57,480 nt of DNA from Octopus bimaculoides (lineage: Eukaryota): NCBI RefSeq assembly GCF_001194135.2, contig NC_068984.1, positions 132,701,446-132,758,925 of the forward strand. Direction: 5' to 3'. Each line of letters opens with the position of its first letter. Positions within the stretch are counted from its first letter, which is position 1. Shown here one piece after another: positions 11,884-25,011 of this stretch. A program made the position numbers and the translations under genes. The notes below the pieces were generated by a model. That model was not told the origin of the DNA and ran no database searches. It was given only the letters and a program-made list of their open reading frames with translations.

Positions 11884-12450
11884 NNNNNNNNNNACCTCTG
11901 AAATTAAAAAAAAAAATCTCTTGAACAACAGGTAAAGGTTAGCAACATGGAAAAAATCTGATTATAAAAATCCAGCCTGAAACAACTATCTCCTTAATTC
12001 TTGCTAGCATGGAAAGAATGACCTAAATGAACAAACACTCCATCCATCATACATCTTGTTTCATTAGCCAGTATGTGAATCTACACGATTGCTTTACCTG
12101 TTAGAATTAGCAGCCAAATGTCACTCAAATCACAGCTGGCCTCCTTGAAAAAAGGAAGAATACATTGGACGTTGTAATCATAGATGTATAAAAAGATGGG
12201 ATACTTACAGTTGGAATCTCTATGATCATAGGTCTACTATATCAAAGCTGATTTGAGCTAAACTACAACAATCACAACAACTTGTTCCTCTATATAATCT
12301 TGTGGATTATGTAGTTTTTGGTGTTTAGCTTTTGGTCATTACTGATTCTATAGAGGTATAATCAAAAACTTTGTGGCCATCCCATTTTTTGTTTTTCTAG
12401 GACGTTGCATCCAGCGCAACATTATCCATGTATTTGTTTTAAGATAATTG

Positions 12451-12667
12451 TGCCATTGCCAGTACCGCTGGATTGGCCCTCATGCCGGTGGCACGTAAAA
12501 AACACCCACTACACTCTTGGAGTGGTTGGCGTTAGGAAGGGCATCCAGCTGTAGAAACTCTGCCAGATCAGATTGGAGTCTGGTGTAGCCATCTGGTTCG
12601 CCAGTTCCCAGTCAAATCGTCCAACCCATGCTAGCATGGAAAGCGGGCGTTAAATGATGATGATGAT
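12451..12667 (+). mobile_element. RTE 3' end copy
   Basis: Ends CATGCTAGCATGGAAAGCGGGCGTTAAATGATGATGATGAT, then (AT)n. Confidence 0.9.
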
Positions 12668-12915
12668 ATATATAATTCTTATTCCAGTAAAATTGAAAGT
12701 GCTATTAAGTATAAAAAACACTTATTCTATTATTAAAAGGAATTTTGGCTCTTAATAAAACACTGTTATTTTTATGAATGGAATAGCAGCACTGGCTGAA
12801 TTTTCTTTAAACTGTACAACTTTAATTATTGCTGATATTATGACATTTTTCTCACATGGCAAAGTTATTCAGTTTTATTTCGTTTTCTTTTAAGTTTTAG
12901 TGTTTAGAATCCAGA

Positions 12916-12966
12916 ATGTCATCCCGAAATGCCAAAAGGGGCCGGAAGGACTCACCTAATTCTGAA
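12916..12966 (+). CDS. HMGA-like AT-hook protein, coding exon 1 (MSSRNAKRGRKDSPNSE)
   Basis: ATG at 12916 after a pyrimidine-rich acceptor region; open frame to GAA|GTAAGA; phase 0. Confidence 0.8.
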
Positions 12967-12975
12967 GTAAGAATT

Positions 12976-13006
<31 letters not shown>

Positions 13007-13040
13007 TATTTCTCATTGGACTTAGATTTTGATTTCATAT

Positions 13041-13270
13041 CCATCATAATTATTTAACATCCGTTTTCCTGCTGGCAGGGTTTGGATGGTTTGACAGGAG
13101 CTGACCAGACTCCAATTGTCTGTTGTGGCATGGTTTCTATGGCTGGATGCCCTTCCTAATGCCAACCACTTTACAAGGTGTGCTGGGTGTTTTTTATGTT
13201 CCACTGGCATGGGTGTGTTTACACAGCACCTGCACAAGTGCATTTTACGTGGTACTGGCACCTGTAAAGG
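13041..13270 (-). mobile_element. Diverged RTE-tail repeat
   Basis: CTATGGCTGGATGCCCTTCCTAATGCCAACCACTTTAC core, inverted relative to the 12451 copy. Confidence 0.75.
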
Positions 13271-13949
13271 ACAAGCCTGTATGTATGGATGACTGCAATT
13301 TTACTTCACTTGAGTTTGTCTTCTCAAGTACAGTAAATCAAAACTTCTGGTCCCTTGTCATTTCCTCAGTGGGGCCAGATAGGGATAATTGACCGAGTAG
13401 TTTGCTCATTCAACATTTTATGGGGTAAAGAAAAAACACAAATTTGCTCTACAATCCCTAACTGTAGTTTTAAAATATTCTTGGAAGGAATTGTAATCAT
13501 TGCCAGGAATGTAACACAAGTCACTCCAAAAACTTATTGAGAAATCTGATATTTTCCAAATATCTTAAAAATTAATTTTTACAAAAATTGATATACTCAT
13601 CTAACATTTACAGTAAGAGTGGTTCTTATTTCTTGTACAAATTTCCAAAAGTAGATATTTCCAGCCCTTACCAGTACATGGTGTGAAAGACCCTTAAGTT
13701 TTTATTTATTATACTGTGTTGAAAGCTTTGTGTTTCTGTTTTGCTGGATTGATTTAGTTGTTGGTTAGTTCAATGTCAGGCCTAATTCAGAAATCTGATC
13801 TATGGTCAAAAGCTTGCCTGCTATCTCCATCCATCCATCAGCCCAGAATGGTGTACTGAGGACTACTATAAAGAAAACTTTGGAGATTAACCATAGAAAA
13901 AAAACAAACTAATAACTGAACAGCAAACACAAATTGTGAAATTTTATCA

Positions 13950-14975
13950 AAACCAAGGAACAATAATCCTGATCCAATAAGCATATCATGGCATGAGAGT
14001 GTCTTCAAGGGAATCAATGATTAGATGTTTGATAGATTGTTTTGTGAAATGGCGTTCAATAAGCAACCTTCCACAAAGAGACAAGCCTCACTTGGTTAGG
14101 AATGAAGCCATAGTTGAGCTTGTAAAGGAAAGTTTCAAGGACATCAACTTGAGGCATTCTGGACACATTAGAGTCCTCTGGACTTTGCCCTGATGCATTT
14201 TTAAAATCATGAACATGTTTGCATTCAAGGATTAGCAAAGGGAACTCCTGAATTTATCCACAAGCTGATAATGTCAGATGAAGCACATTTTCATTTGAAT
14301 GGCTTCTTTATGAAAATAAAGCTGTGATATTTGGTGGTTCTGAAAATCTTAGTGTAATCCGTCAAAGGAAATTGCACCCAATTAAGTGTACAGTTTGGTA
14401 AGGGTTGATGATGGGAGAAGTGACTGAACTCTGTTTTGAAAACCACATTAAGAATCTTGTCACTTACAGGATATGAATATTGGTCTATGATAAAAAATTT
14501 CTTATTCCCAACAGTTCCAGAATAAACATGGCATAGGATGGAGTGCCAGCTTGCCTAGTAAATCTAACTGCTCAGTTAAATTTTTGAGAGATAAAATAAT
14601 TTCCTGCACTTACAATATAAGCTGGCCATTGTAGTATTCTCCAGATCTGAAGACTTCTGATTTCTTTGTAATGAGCTATCTCAGTGAAAAAATTTATGTT
14701 AACAAGCCTCAGACAGTCTAACAGCCGAAGAACAATATGTGGGCTGAAATCATCACTGGAGCCTGAAATGCTGAGAAGTATCATGGAAAGCACTTTAGAA
14801 AGAGCACATTTGTGTGATGTAGGAGAAATGGATGCCATATACAACGTGATTTTCATGCCTAGCATATATTTATTTCGTATACACTGTATATGATGCTATA
14901 ATATTGTAAATTTAAAACAAATAAAGGGGGTATTAAATATTGAACCCCCTTTGTGATTTTTGACACGTGTCTGGA
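13950..14975 (+). mobile_element. Degraded Tc1/mariner (maT/DD37D-like) transposase fossil
   Basis: SDEAHFHLNG (about 14274), WP..SPDL..SDFF, YVNKPQT and MESTLERAHLC segments; multiple frameshifts. Confidence 0.7.
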
Positions 14976-17439
14976 TGGCATATATAAATCTACTGGTCTC
15001 TATTATTTACGTAGATGATGTGTATCTAATGCGTTCACTTTTCAGTTTAAAGAAAATATTTTTGTGGTTGGGTGTAGATTTAGTATTTCTCGATATTTTT
15101 TATAATTGAGCTCTTTTTGTATTTTTGCAGATTGTTGCAAAAGAAATGAAACCAGAGGTAAATATTGTGAATATACTTTTAAGAATTGGCATGGAATATT
15201 ATGTTTACAGTCAGAAATAATATACATATATATATTTATTATGACTCTTTTGTGGCCCATGATGATGATAAAATATATTGACCATATATTTCACTTAGTT
15301 ACTGAATTTTGTACTTGGTATTTGTAATATGTTTTTTGCAAGAAATTATGAAAGCTTTGATTTAGATATGAACACTTTAAAACAAGAAATTGTGTATCAT
15401 AAAACCAAATTGCAGATTGGGATCAAAAGAGATAAATAGACTAGCAGGTTGAATGGTACTTTATTGATTTTACTGTACCATTCCTTTTGTTCATAACATT
15501 TGTATCCACACTGTTAACCATATCTGTGCTCCACTATGGGTTGTGTGTGGCATATTTTTTATTTGGTTTATGTAAACTATATGAATAATGGTGCACAAAG
15601 CAGTAGTGAATAAAATATATTTGTGTGAGGTTATATTTAATGTGTTCAAGTGTATTTGAACATAAGACCTTTCACTGCATAACTAATCCCAGGAGCAAAT
15701 TATCTTCCTAGACATGTGCAAAATGGTATCTTAGGCTGTCATCAGATTGTGGGATGCATGCATATCTGCATCTTTTTGCTTCAACTACAAAAACCAAATC
15801 TGTCATTCACAGCCTGTAAAGAATGAAATTATTCTTATTAAAACAATAAAGTACATAAAGCTTGGTCAAACCAGAATTACATAATGTTTCATGAAACAGT
15901 GTTATATAAAATATAACCATGTGAAATCTTATTTAACATGTCTGGGTGTATTTGGACATGAGAAGGCCTTTTGCTGTGGAATTAGCCCTTGGATAAAATT
16001 CTCCTCTTGGACATAGAGCTTTTAATTTATGATTGGCTTAATGATCTGGGTTTTGAGTGGTGCATTAATCTAAGCCATGTTTTGAATATCTATACTTTCA
16101 CTAGTATTACATTGGTACTTTTGGTATTTTATGCTGTTGTATGTGCAAATACATTGGCCCACTCCTCCACCTTGTGCATTAAGTATGTTGTGTAACAGTG
16201 CAAATATTGAGTAGTTTTTACACTCTGTGATTCCTGAATAATAATAAGAATATACCGATATTTTTATTGTCATTGACTATTCTTTCATTTACCAGTTTGA
16301 TACCTAGCTGTCTGATATTTGTATTAGCTCTTGGTACCAACCTGCCTATCTGCCCCTTGGTCTATGATGCAAACTTTCTTGTTTAAAGTGATCTTAACAT
16401 TTAATTTTAATGAAAATGTTAATTTATGTTCCAAACACCATCTTAATTATGGCAAAGTTATTTTATTAAATTCTTCACTATTTTCAAAATTAACTGAAAC
16501 AAAGGCAGTGTATTTTAACAGGAATAAGGTAACAAAAGGGTTCATATTTCAATTAAGACATTTTGTTAAAAAATTTATTATACAAAACAAAATATATTAC
16601 ACTGGGTAACCTTTGTCTTTTAAGATGCTAATTGAAAAGTTAGTAATACCTTGCCTCCTTTTTGAGTTGTTTTGAAGTTAATTGAATTGTGTAACCAATT
16701 TGTTGGAAATATAGTGATGTGTGCTTTAACCCATTGCCTGTCCAAAGCATTTTCATAAGCTTCTCCTAAATGGCCATGCTTGTTTTCAAGTTTTTAGCTA
16801 GGCCTTGCTTCATACATTCTGACTAATATAAAGCTTTTCTTTCATAAGTGCCAAGTTACTCTGGTGGTTGAAAAAAATTTGGAAAATGTATCATATATGA
16901 TGCCAGGGAGAAATGTCTTGTGTATTACATGTGATACATAGGACTGGGAAAGGATTAACCTTTTAAAATGTACAAATTTATCCACACAACAGTCTTACTC
17001 CTGGCAGAATGAAGGAAAATAGAACAAGGGAAGTGTCTCAACAATAATGCAAAGTTGAAAATGTGTAGCACTTAATGTGTATGAATGAAAAGCATTGGAA
17101 AATAAATGACAGAAGTGAAGATAGATTGTGACTGATGGAGCTCAAAGATTCTACACAGCACAAGTTGAACACCTTAATAATAATAATCTTGAGCAGAGAA
17201 AGCATTACAAAGTGATCTCACAACTCAACACAAGCTCAATCTGTTATTTAACTTGTGAATCTAGTATTGGCCTACATAGTTATATGTAGGTCTACAGAAG
17301 TTGAATTTGGTGGGCAGTCATCCTCAACATGCAGGTTTATCATCACCAACAACTTACTGGTATAACACGAGGGAGTGGAGTTTAACAAAATTGGTGGTGC
17401 TAGTATTCATGTGATTTAATTTCTGTTCTTCTGTTTTAG

Positions 17440-17475
17440 GCTGAGTCCAATGATGCTACAGATAACAATACTGAG
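17440..17475 (+). CDS. AT-hook protein coding exon 2 (AESNDATDNNTE)
   Basis: TTCTTCTGTTTTAG|GCT...GAG|GTATTT; 36 nt, phase 0/0. Confidence 0.75.
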
Positions 17476-17826
17476 GTATTTTCTTTCTCAACTATAACTT
17501 TTATTAATATCTCATTTAAAATTTAAGCCATAATTCTCTTGATTATAAATCAAATGATCACTGTTTCTATGGCTTCAAAAAGTCCACAGATAAAGAGGGA
17601 AATGGGTCTATATGTAAAACTGAACTTCGGGAAACAAGTTTGTTGAGTAAATTGAAATTAAGATGAAGTAGCATTATTTAGTTTTTGTAAACCACTTATG
17701 CAAGAAGAGTTTGCATTAATTAAAAGTTTTCTTGATTGCTATATGTTTACTTTCCATATGAATGTTATTATCCCTAGATAATTTTCCTCTGTCATTGTTA
17801 TGTTCATGTGTTTTATTGTGCATGCA

Positions 17827-19266
17827 CAGTGGTGGGTACAGCTAACCAAAAAGTTAGCTTTGCTAACCATTAATCTAACTAAAAAAGTTAGCCTTGCAAA
17901 CGCTAAAAAAATTAACAGAAGGTAGCACTAACTTATAACTGCTAACTTTTATCATATGAATTTAGCTTCAGTCTGGTTTGCTCTAAAACTCTTAAAGACA
18001 GACCAAGAGAGCTGAAATTTTCATGTTGGAACTTAGATGTAGAGCTTTCCAAATAGGTATAGCATGCGAAGATCAAATGATGATCAAGATGTATGTAAAT
18101 AATTAAATGAACAAATGAAATTAAGCATTAGTTTTTTCAGTCATCATACACTTTATTTATTGTACAAAAAGTATTAAATCAAAAAGGTATAGTATAGCAT
18201 AGGTATCATGCCAAAATCAGATGACAATCAAGGTGTACTACTCTGGCTGGGTCTTCTCCATCATCTCGACATGATGCTGGTTGCCATTCATAAACATCAG
18301 CCTCTCAAAGTTACCTTTGGCCCTCAAAATATTTTTGCCTGTAGAGAACAGGTGCTCAACTGCAGCACTGGATGGGATGGCTGTGTTATACTTGGTGCAG
18401 CACTGGACGGGATGGCTATGTTATACTTGGTGAACAGGTCACTCAAGACCTGCTCACCCAAAAAGGCAACTTCAGTCAGGACTTTCCTCAAGACTGCTTC
18501 CAGCCAGGTCTTCACCAAATTCTGTGCCTTAAACTTCAGTGACCTGTGGCTCCTGTTCTCCCGAAACCAAGTGCTGTTGCTGAAGAAATCATCTTTCTCA
18601 TCCTCGCTGCTCTCCTCATTGGTCTCCATTAGAGCAGTCTCCATGGCATTCATTACTTTCCTAACCTGGCTGTTATACTGCTCCAGCCAGATCAGGCGAA
18701 ACTTATGGTAGAAGGTAGTGGTCAGCTGGCACTCCAGGTCTTCTAGGAGGAGTCCAAACCGTTTTGTGATGCCTGCCAGTATCGCATCTACCAGAGGAAC
18801 TTGTTTGAATTTGGCCTCCTTCAGCGACCTCTGCCTCATCTACAGCCTTTGCAGACTCCTCAACAGGCTCTTCATCTTCAAGCTGAACAACGATGGCTTC
18901 ACCTTCCATAACGATAAGCCAATAATGTACACTGCTATCGCTGACACTGTAAGATTGTCTGTAATGTGACAACATAAGTGAATACAACTCAACTGCAGAA
19001 TTACACAACGTTGCTCAGCTAGCTGCTGTGTCAACCAATCACGTCTTGTCATGTGTACATGTAGTCAGCCAATAATGTGCCTGATGGATGCTTCAAGACA
19101 CGCCCACAACAAACAGGAACAAACGTATGAATTTTGTTTGCGGAACTAAATTTAACGGGAGCTAATTGGTCTGTTAACGGTTTCTAAAGTTAGTGGAAAC
19201 ACTAATCTACTAAAGGAAAAGTTAGCTTTACTAATTAGCTGATTAGCAGAATCGTGCCCATTACTG
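17827..19266 (-). mobile_element. hAT DNA transposon, internally deleted, with intact ends
   Basis: Perfect 8-bp TSD TGCATGCA (17819-17826 and 19267-19274); TIRs CAGTGGTGGGTAC / CAGTAATGGGCAC; minus-strand transposase C-terminus PLVDAILAGITKRF...KYNTAIPSSAAVEHLFSTGK (hAT dimerisation motif). Confidence 0.92.
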
Positions 19267-19550
19267 TGCATGCATATAGATATTCTATTAGTACAGATCT
19301 AGCAGAGATGTTTGAAGACTATACTTTGTTGAGATCTAATTAAATTAGGAAGGCATAGAGTAATTCTTAGAGGATAACATGAAATAAGTTGAGCAAAAGT
19401 TTGACAGAAACATATAACAAATAGGTGATATAAGAAAGAAACAAAAGTCATGGAGAGGGGTGGAGGAATTTCAGTGTGAAAAAAATTCATTAATTGTATT
19501 CTGTTCAATATGTCTTTCAACAGTTTTGAATTTTTATTTATTGTTTTCAG

Positions 19551-19607
19551 GTGAAAGTTAAGAAAGGCCCTGGTAGACCTAGGAAACTAGAATCTGAAAA
19601 GAAGAAG
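19551..19607 (+). CDS. AT-hook protein coding exon 3 (VKVKKGPGRPRKLESEKKK; hook 1)
   Basis: TTGTTTTCAG|GTG...AAG|GTATGT; 57 nt; GRPRK motif. Confidence 0.92.
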
Positions 19608-19910
19608 GTATGTACATATATATATATATTATATAGTTACTCTTGCCATGGCAACCTATTAGTGGAACTGAACCCCAAACCACATAGTTTGCAATTATTT
19701 TAGATATTGCTTTGTTTTTTTCACAAAGCTTAGGCTATCAAGATGATGTTTAAGTATAATGTAATGAAATATACACGAGATGAATGATTGCAGAATTTGA
19801 ATTTTAAAGACAGATTGATTACAAGTATTTAATGAATATATTAGTAAATATTTTGCTGTATTAACTTATATGAATACATAAATAGTAATCTTCTGTATTC
19901 TCTTTTTCAG

Positions 19911-19958
19911 TGGATTCCAACAGGCCGTTCAAGAGGAAGGCCAAGAGTTCATCCAGTT
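19911..19958 (+). CDS. AT-hook protein coding exon 4 (WIPTGRSRGRPRVHPV; hook 2)
   Basis: TCTTTTTCAG|TGG...GTT|GTAAGT; 48 nt; RGRPR motif. Confidence 0.92.
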
Positions 19959-20824
19959 GTAAGTTATATTACAACTTGTAATTTCTGCTTGGGCATATCT
20001 TCCATAATATTTGTGCTAATTATTGTAGTTACTATTTTTGAAATGTGGAAAACCTATTTATTAAGCTGTATAATGCTTAACTGAGTACATTTTTATAAAT
20101 TTAGTGTCTTTAGGCATATGATGTAGATATATCTGTGATGGAACTTTTTTGTTTTTAAATCTACTCTAATTACAGGTAAATACAGGTAAATTCATTGAAA
20201 TGTAAGTTTATTAAAATTTTGTTTAAACATCACCTTTTAGAATGAGTTCATCATCTTCATCATTTTTACATCAGTATCCACTTTCCATGTTGGCATGGGT
20301 TAGGAAGGATATCACAACTCAAGCCAGTTCTTATTCAGAATTACTGCTGTCTTAGACAGATTGAAAGGCCACATCTTGCTTGTATGTCATTTTTGACTTG
20401 GTTTCTTTAGCTGGATGCTCCTTCTATCATCAACCACTTTACAGTGTACTTGGTGTATTTTGTCATGATGCCAAAACTAGGGTCATTGTCATCTCCTCAA
20501 CTAGACTAAAGGGTTCTCTTGACTTATATTGTCTCTACTCACTGGTTACTTTACGTCATTTGGGTGCATTTTATTATGGCATCAGCCTTTGTGAAGTGGC
20601 CTTATACTCAAGTAGAGTCCTTGCTACTGTAGGATGTGTTTTGCCCAAGGTAATCTGATTGAGTAAAACAATAAACAGATCTGTGACAGAACAACTAAGA
20701 TAAAGGGAGCAGGAGTATGATGGTTGGGGGAGAGAAATAAAGGTGGACAATGGTAAGAAGTGAGTGATGGATATCTGTAACAAGTGGTCTGGAGGAGAAG
20801 GAGTGATTACTGGAAGTATAGGAA

Positions 20825-20980
20825 TGGCAGTGAGCTGGTACAATCATTACCATGCCGGGCAAAGTGCTTAGCAGTATTTCATTTGTCTTTCTGTTATGAG
20901 GTCAACTTTGCCTTTCATCCTTTTGGAGTCAATAAAATAAGTACCAGTTGAGAACTGGGGTCAATGTAATCAACTTTACT
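20825..20980 (+). mobile_element. SINE family N (Nin-domain-like core)
   Basis: GGCAGTGAGCTGG head and GTCAACTTTGCCTTTCATCCTTTTGGAGTCAATAAAATAAGTACCAGT core. Confidence 0.7.
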
Positions 20981-22581
20981 CCTGGATATGAGTACAAAAA
21001 TCTGCCTCCCTTTGCCAAACCTTGTTGAGCTGTTGTGGCAGTGTAGGCTCATCAGACCAGCATGATCTCAAGCTATTCTCTGGTGGAGAGAACATGCTGA
21101 GGCCCTCGTCTTGCAGTGGACTGAACACGAGCAAATCAATCCAATCCAGTTGAAAGGGTGATGGTTAGAGTGTAACAGGTACCATAGTTCTTACACATAG
21201 GTTTGTGATGGGTGGATGAGGGGAGAGGATTTAATATATGCAAATCTAGTACCATCTCTCATTACATAAGTAACGTGAATCGAAGGTAAGTCATAGAAAT
21301 GAATTAGCTAGTATTCATATAGGTTAAGTAGATGAATTGTTGCATTTTCAAGGGAGCTTGAGCGTGTAAAACAGGCTACATGTAAAGGTAAAATAACTTT
21401 TTAAAAAAGTTTGTTTTATAAAATGAAAATTGATATGATACTTTTTTATAGCAATTTGTGAACACTAGTGTTGTTGGTTTCATGTTTCCAATTGGACAAT
21501 CCCTGATTTACTATGTATTTTTGATGGAGTGTGAAACCTAATGCAAGGAACTTTACCTGTAAAGTATTTTTTTTTGTTTTCTTGTTGGTGTTTATTTCCT
21601 ACACCAATATAAATCTATAAAGTGTGAATATATATTTGTGTGTGTATATACCGATATACATACACATACGAGTTTTCACACAGTTTCCCTCTACCAAATT
21701 CTACTTGCAAGTTATTATTGAACATGAGGCTAAGGTAAAAGATACTTGCCCAGTACTGTGTATTGGAATTGAACTTTGAGTCCATGTAGTTACAAAGCAA
21801 GCTTTTTAATCATGCAGTCATGCCAATCAAAGTTTCATGGAAAAATGTAGAATGTCCTCCATTCATAATGCATTTCTTGCAGAATATGTACAGCAGAAAG
21901 TTGTTTCAGTTGACTGTCCATCAGGTGTTTTCTTTTTCTGCTGTAAGCATTTGCAGAATACAACTGGGAAATCATTATTCTCTGCACACAATCTTGCAAT
22001 CATTGAATTTGTTTCCCTTTCCCCTCTTGTTTTATAGAGGTTGGCTGAATTTAAAGTCATATCCTTCTTTCAGACTTTTTCCTTTCTCACAACAATTGTC
22101 TCTACACCTCTCTTTATTTTTTAATTTTTCACAAATGATTTATTCTCAGTTGAACTGCAACATCAGCTTGAAACTGCAAATGGTTGTATCACTTTTGAGC
22201 TTCTCTTTATTCAGTATATGATAAATAATCATTGAAAATATTCATATTTACTTTATATTAAACCAAGTATTACCACTACTTACTATCTTTCAACCAAGTT
22301 ACAGCTCCTCATCTGATTCAACCAATCTATACAGTCTGTTACCATTATAATTGATATTTACGAATGGTGTACCATTTTCATTCATATGTCATGCACATGT
22401 AGATAGAGAATGAATTTACTTCTTATATCTGTGCAGTCAGTAGCAAATTTCCTTTCTGCTGTTAGATTAACCTTTTTATTTTTAAAACTGTGCCATGTGT
22501 ATGTTGTCGCAGTTAAATCCTCTACATGCCTGACTGAACTGTGGAACTGATCAAAACTTAATATTCAGTTTCAGTTATGGT

Positions 22582-23175
22582 CATCATCATCATCGTTTAA
22601 CGTCCGCTTTCCATGCTAGCATGGGTTGGACGATTTGACTGAGGACTGGTGAAACCGGATGGCAACACCAGGCTCCAGTCTGATTTGGCAGAGTTTCTAC
22701 AGCTGGATGCCCTTCCTAACGCCAACCACTCAGTGTAGTGGGTGCTTTTACGTGTCACCCGCACGAAAACGGCCACGCTCGAAATGGTGTCTTTTATGTG
22801 CCACCCGCACAAGCCAGTCCAGGGGCACTGGCAACGATCTCGCTCGAAANNNNNNNNNNNNNNNNNNNNNNNNNNNNNNNNNNNNNNNNNNNNNNNNNNN
22901 NNNNNNNNNNNNNNNTACTTGGCTTGCCGGGTCTTCTCACGCACAGCACATTTCCAAAGGTCTCGGTCAGTAGTCATCGCCTCGGTGAGGCCCAATGTAC
23001 GAAGGTCTTGCCTCACCACCTCAGCCCAGGTCTTCCTGGGCCTACCTCTTCCACGGGTTCCCTCAACTGTTAGGGTGTGGCACTTTTTCACGCAGCTATC
23101 CTCCTCCATTCTCACCACATGTCCATACCAGCGCAATCGTCTCTCTTGCACGCCACAACTGATGCTTCTAATGTT
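22582..23175 (-). mobile_element. 5'-truncated RTE LINE (young; contains an N gap)
   Basis: MQERRLRWYGHVVRMEEDSCVKKCHTLTVEGTRGRGRPRKTW...KTRQAK, then 3' UTR and (GAT)n tail. Confidence 0.92.
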
Positions 23176-23523
23176 CAGTTAATAATTTCAAGACCACATC
23201 ATACCCTTGGTCACACTGACAACAAGCACAATTGTTTCTTTTCCCCTCTGCAGTGAAAGTTAAAACCACAGCAGCACCTAACTTTTGCATCAGAGATTTT
23301 ATTCTTTTACATCCCATTTTCTAGACTCTCTTGGCATGTAGTAACCAGCCTTTATGTCTGGCATTCCTTTTGTCCCAGACTTAATTCTCCATTGTACAGA
23401 GTCCAGAAGAGTCTTGTATAATTAATGGGTTGTAACACTTTCTTTCCATACTGGGTGCACTATTTTTGAAATGATAAACTTTTTATTCATTTAGTTATTT
23501 GTCCCTTTTCTTTACTTTCTTAG

Positions 23524-23571
23524 GATTATAACAAGGTAAAGAAACCTAGAGGAAGACCACGTATAAAGCCT
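23524..23571 (+). CDS. AT-hook protein coding exon 5 (DYNKVKKPRGRPRIKP; hook 3)
   Basis: TTTACTTTCTTAG|GAT...CCT|GTAAGT; 48 nt. Confidence 0.92.
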
Positions 23572-24248
23572 GTAAGTTGTGCTTTCTTAAAAAAATTTCA
23601 GATGTTTCAATTCTTCCAGGATTTAGGAATTATGTAGTTTTTTCTATAAAGATTTTGCTGTAGGATTATGTTTGGTATGCTAAGTATTGTAGTATAAATT
23701 GGTTCTTTTAACTCTTTCATCACTATATCTCTAATTAAAATAAATGTCTAATAGTAATTAATGAAAGTGGTTTTGCTTCAATAACTCCTGTCAGTGTTCA
23801 TATTTTCAGAAGTATGCCATTAGGCACATATCCTCCTCAGGGAAATTGGATGGAAATAAAGGAAATGGTTTTAAACAAAATAGCTTTCTATTTCTAATCA
23901 AATGTTCCATATTAGAATCAGAAATATATTTTAGGAAGGAATTTGAAAATTTGTTTATAACTGGGGATGACAAAAGTAAAACAGTGTGCCGTTCTAAAAT
24001 TTAATCACAAATAACACAGTACTGCTAGCACCAGATTTTAGTTCGTTATGACTACTATTGCCAAAGTATCCATATTTTGTTCTTTTGAAGTTGAGTTTGG
24101 TACAAACAATCATCATTGAATGTCCACCTTCCATGCTGGCATAGATTGGACAGTTTGACAGGATCTGATGGACCCAAGAATTGCATTATGCTCCAGTGTC
24201 TGCTTTAGCATGGTTTCCTAATGCCAACCACTTCAATGTGTGTAATTA

Positions 24249-24623
24249 CTCTTTTACTTGTTTCAGTCATTTGACTGTGGCCATGCTGGAGCACCGCCTT
24301 TAGTCGAACAAATCGACCCCAAGACTTATTCTTTGTAAGCCTGGTACTTATTCTATCGGTCTCTTTTGCTGAACCGCTAAGTTACGGGCATGTAAACACA
24401 CCAGCATCGGTTGTCAAGCAATGTTGGGGGGGACAAACACAGACACATACATATATTTATATATATATATATACGACAGGCTTCTTCCAGTTTCCGTCTG
24501 CCAAATCCACTCACAAGGCTTTGGTCAGCCCGAGGCTATAGTACAAGATGCCTTGCAGTGGGACTGAACCCGGAACCATGTGGTTGGTAAGCAAGCTACT
24601 TACCACACATCCACTCCTACGCC
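24249..24623 (-). mobile_element. SINE family B, near full length
   Basis: Reverse-complement match to the 7596 copy from head to 3' tail. Confidence 0.85.
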
Positions 24624-24963
24624 TGGTGCTTTTTTAAATTTTTTTTACCACTAGCACTAGTGAGGTCACCATGTAGCTTGAAAGATTATGAACCCTGGGT
24701 GGGGTGTAGGAACTTTATTCGAGAATAAGGATTAGATAGAGGTAAAGTGTGAGAAAAAGGGCCTGAGCAGAATATGTTTCTTGCTGGAGGACACATTCTG
24801 TCAGTTTTATGTTGGGTCAGAGCATATAAAATGTCATTTATATATCCAGTTTGTAGATTAAGTCTAAATAGTGTTCAAGTTGTCTTTATTATTGTATTTG
24901 TTGTTTTTTTCATTATTAGTTAATTTGTTATACATTACTTATGGGATTTATTTGTTTTTCCAG

Positions 24964-25011
24964 ATAGTGCATAAAGAAAAAAGACCAAGGGGCAGACCAC
25001 GCAAAAATCTT
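24964..25011 (+). CDS. AT-hook protein coding exon 6 (IVHKEKRPRGRPRKNL; hook 4)
   Basis: TTGTTTTTCCAG|ATA...CTT|GTAAGT; 48 nt. Confidence 0.92.

Noticed and set aside
18208-19008. ORFs 18208-18711 (+), 18718-18969 (+) and 18703-19008 (-) as genes
   Set aside because: Shadow or alternative frames of the GC-richer hAT transposase remnant.
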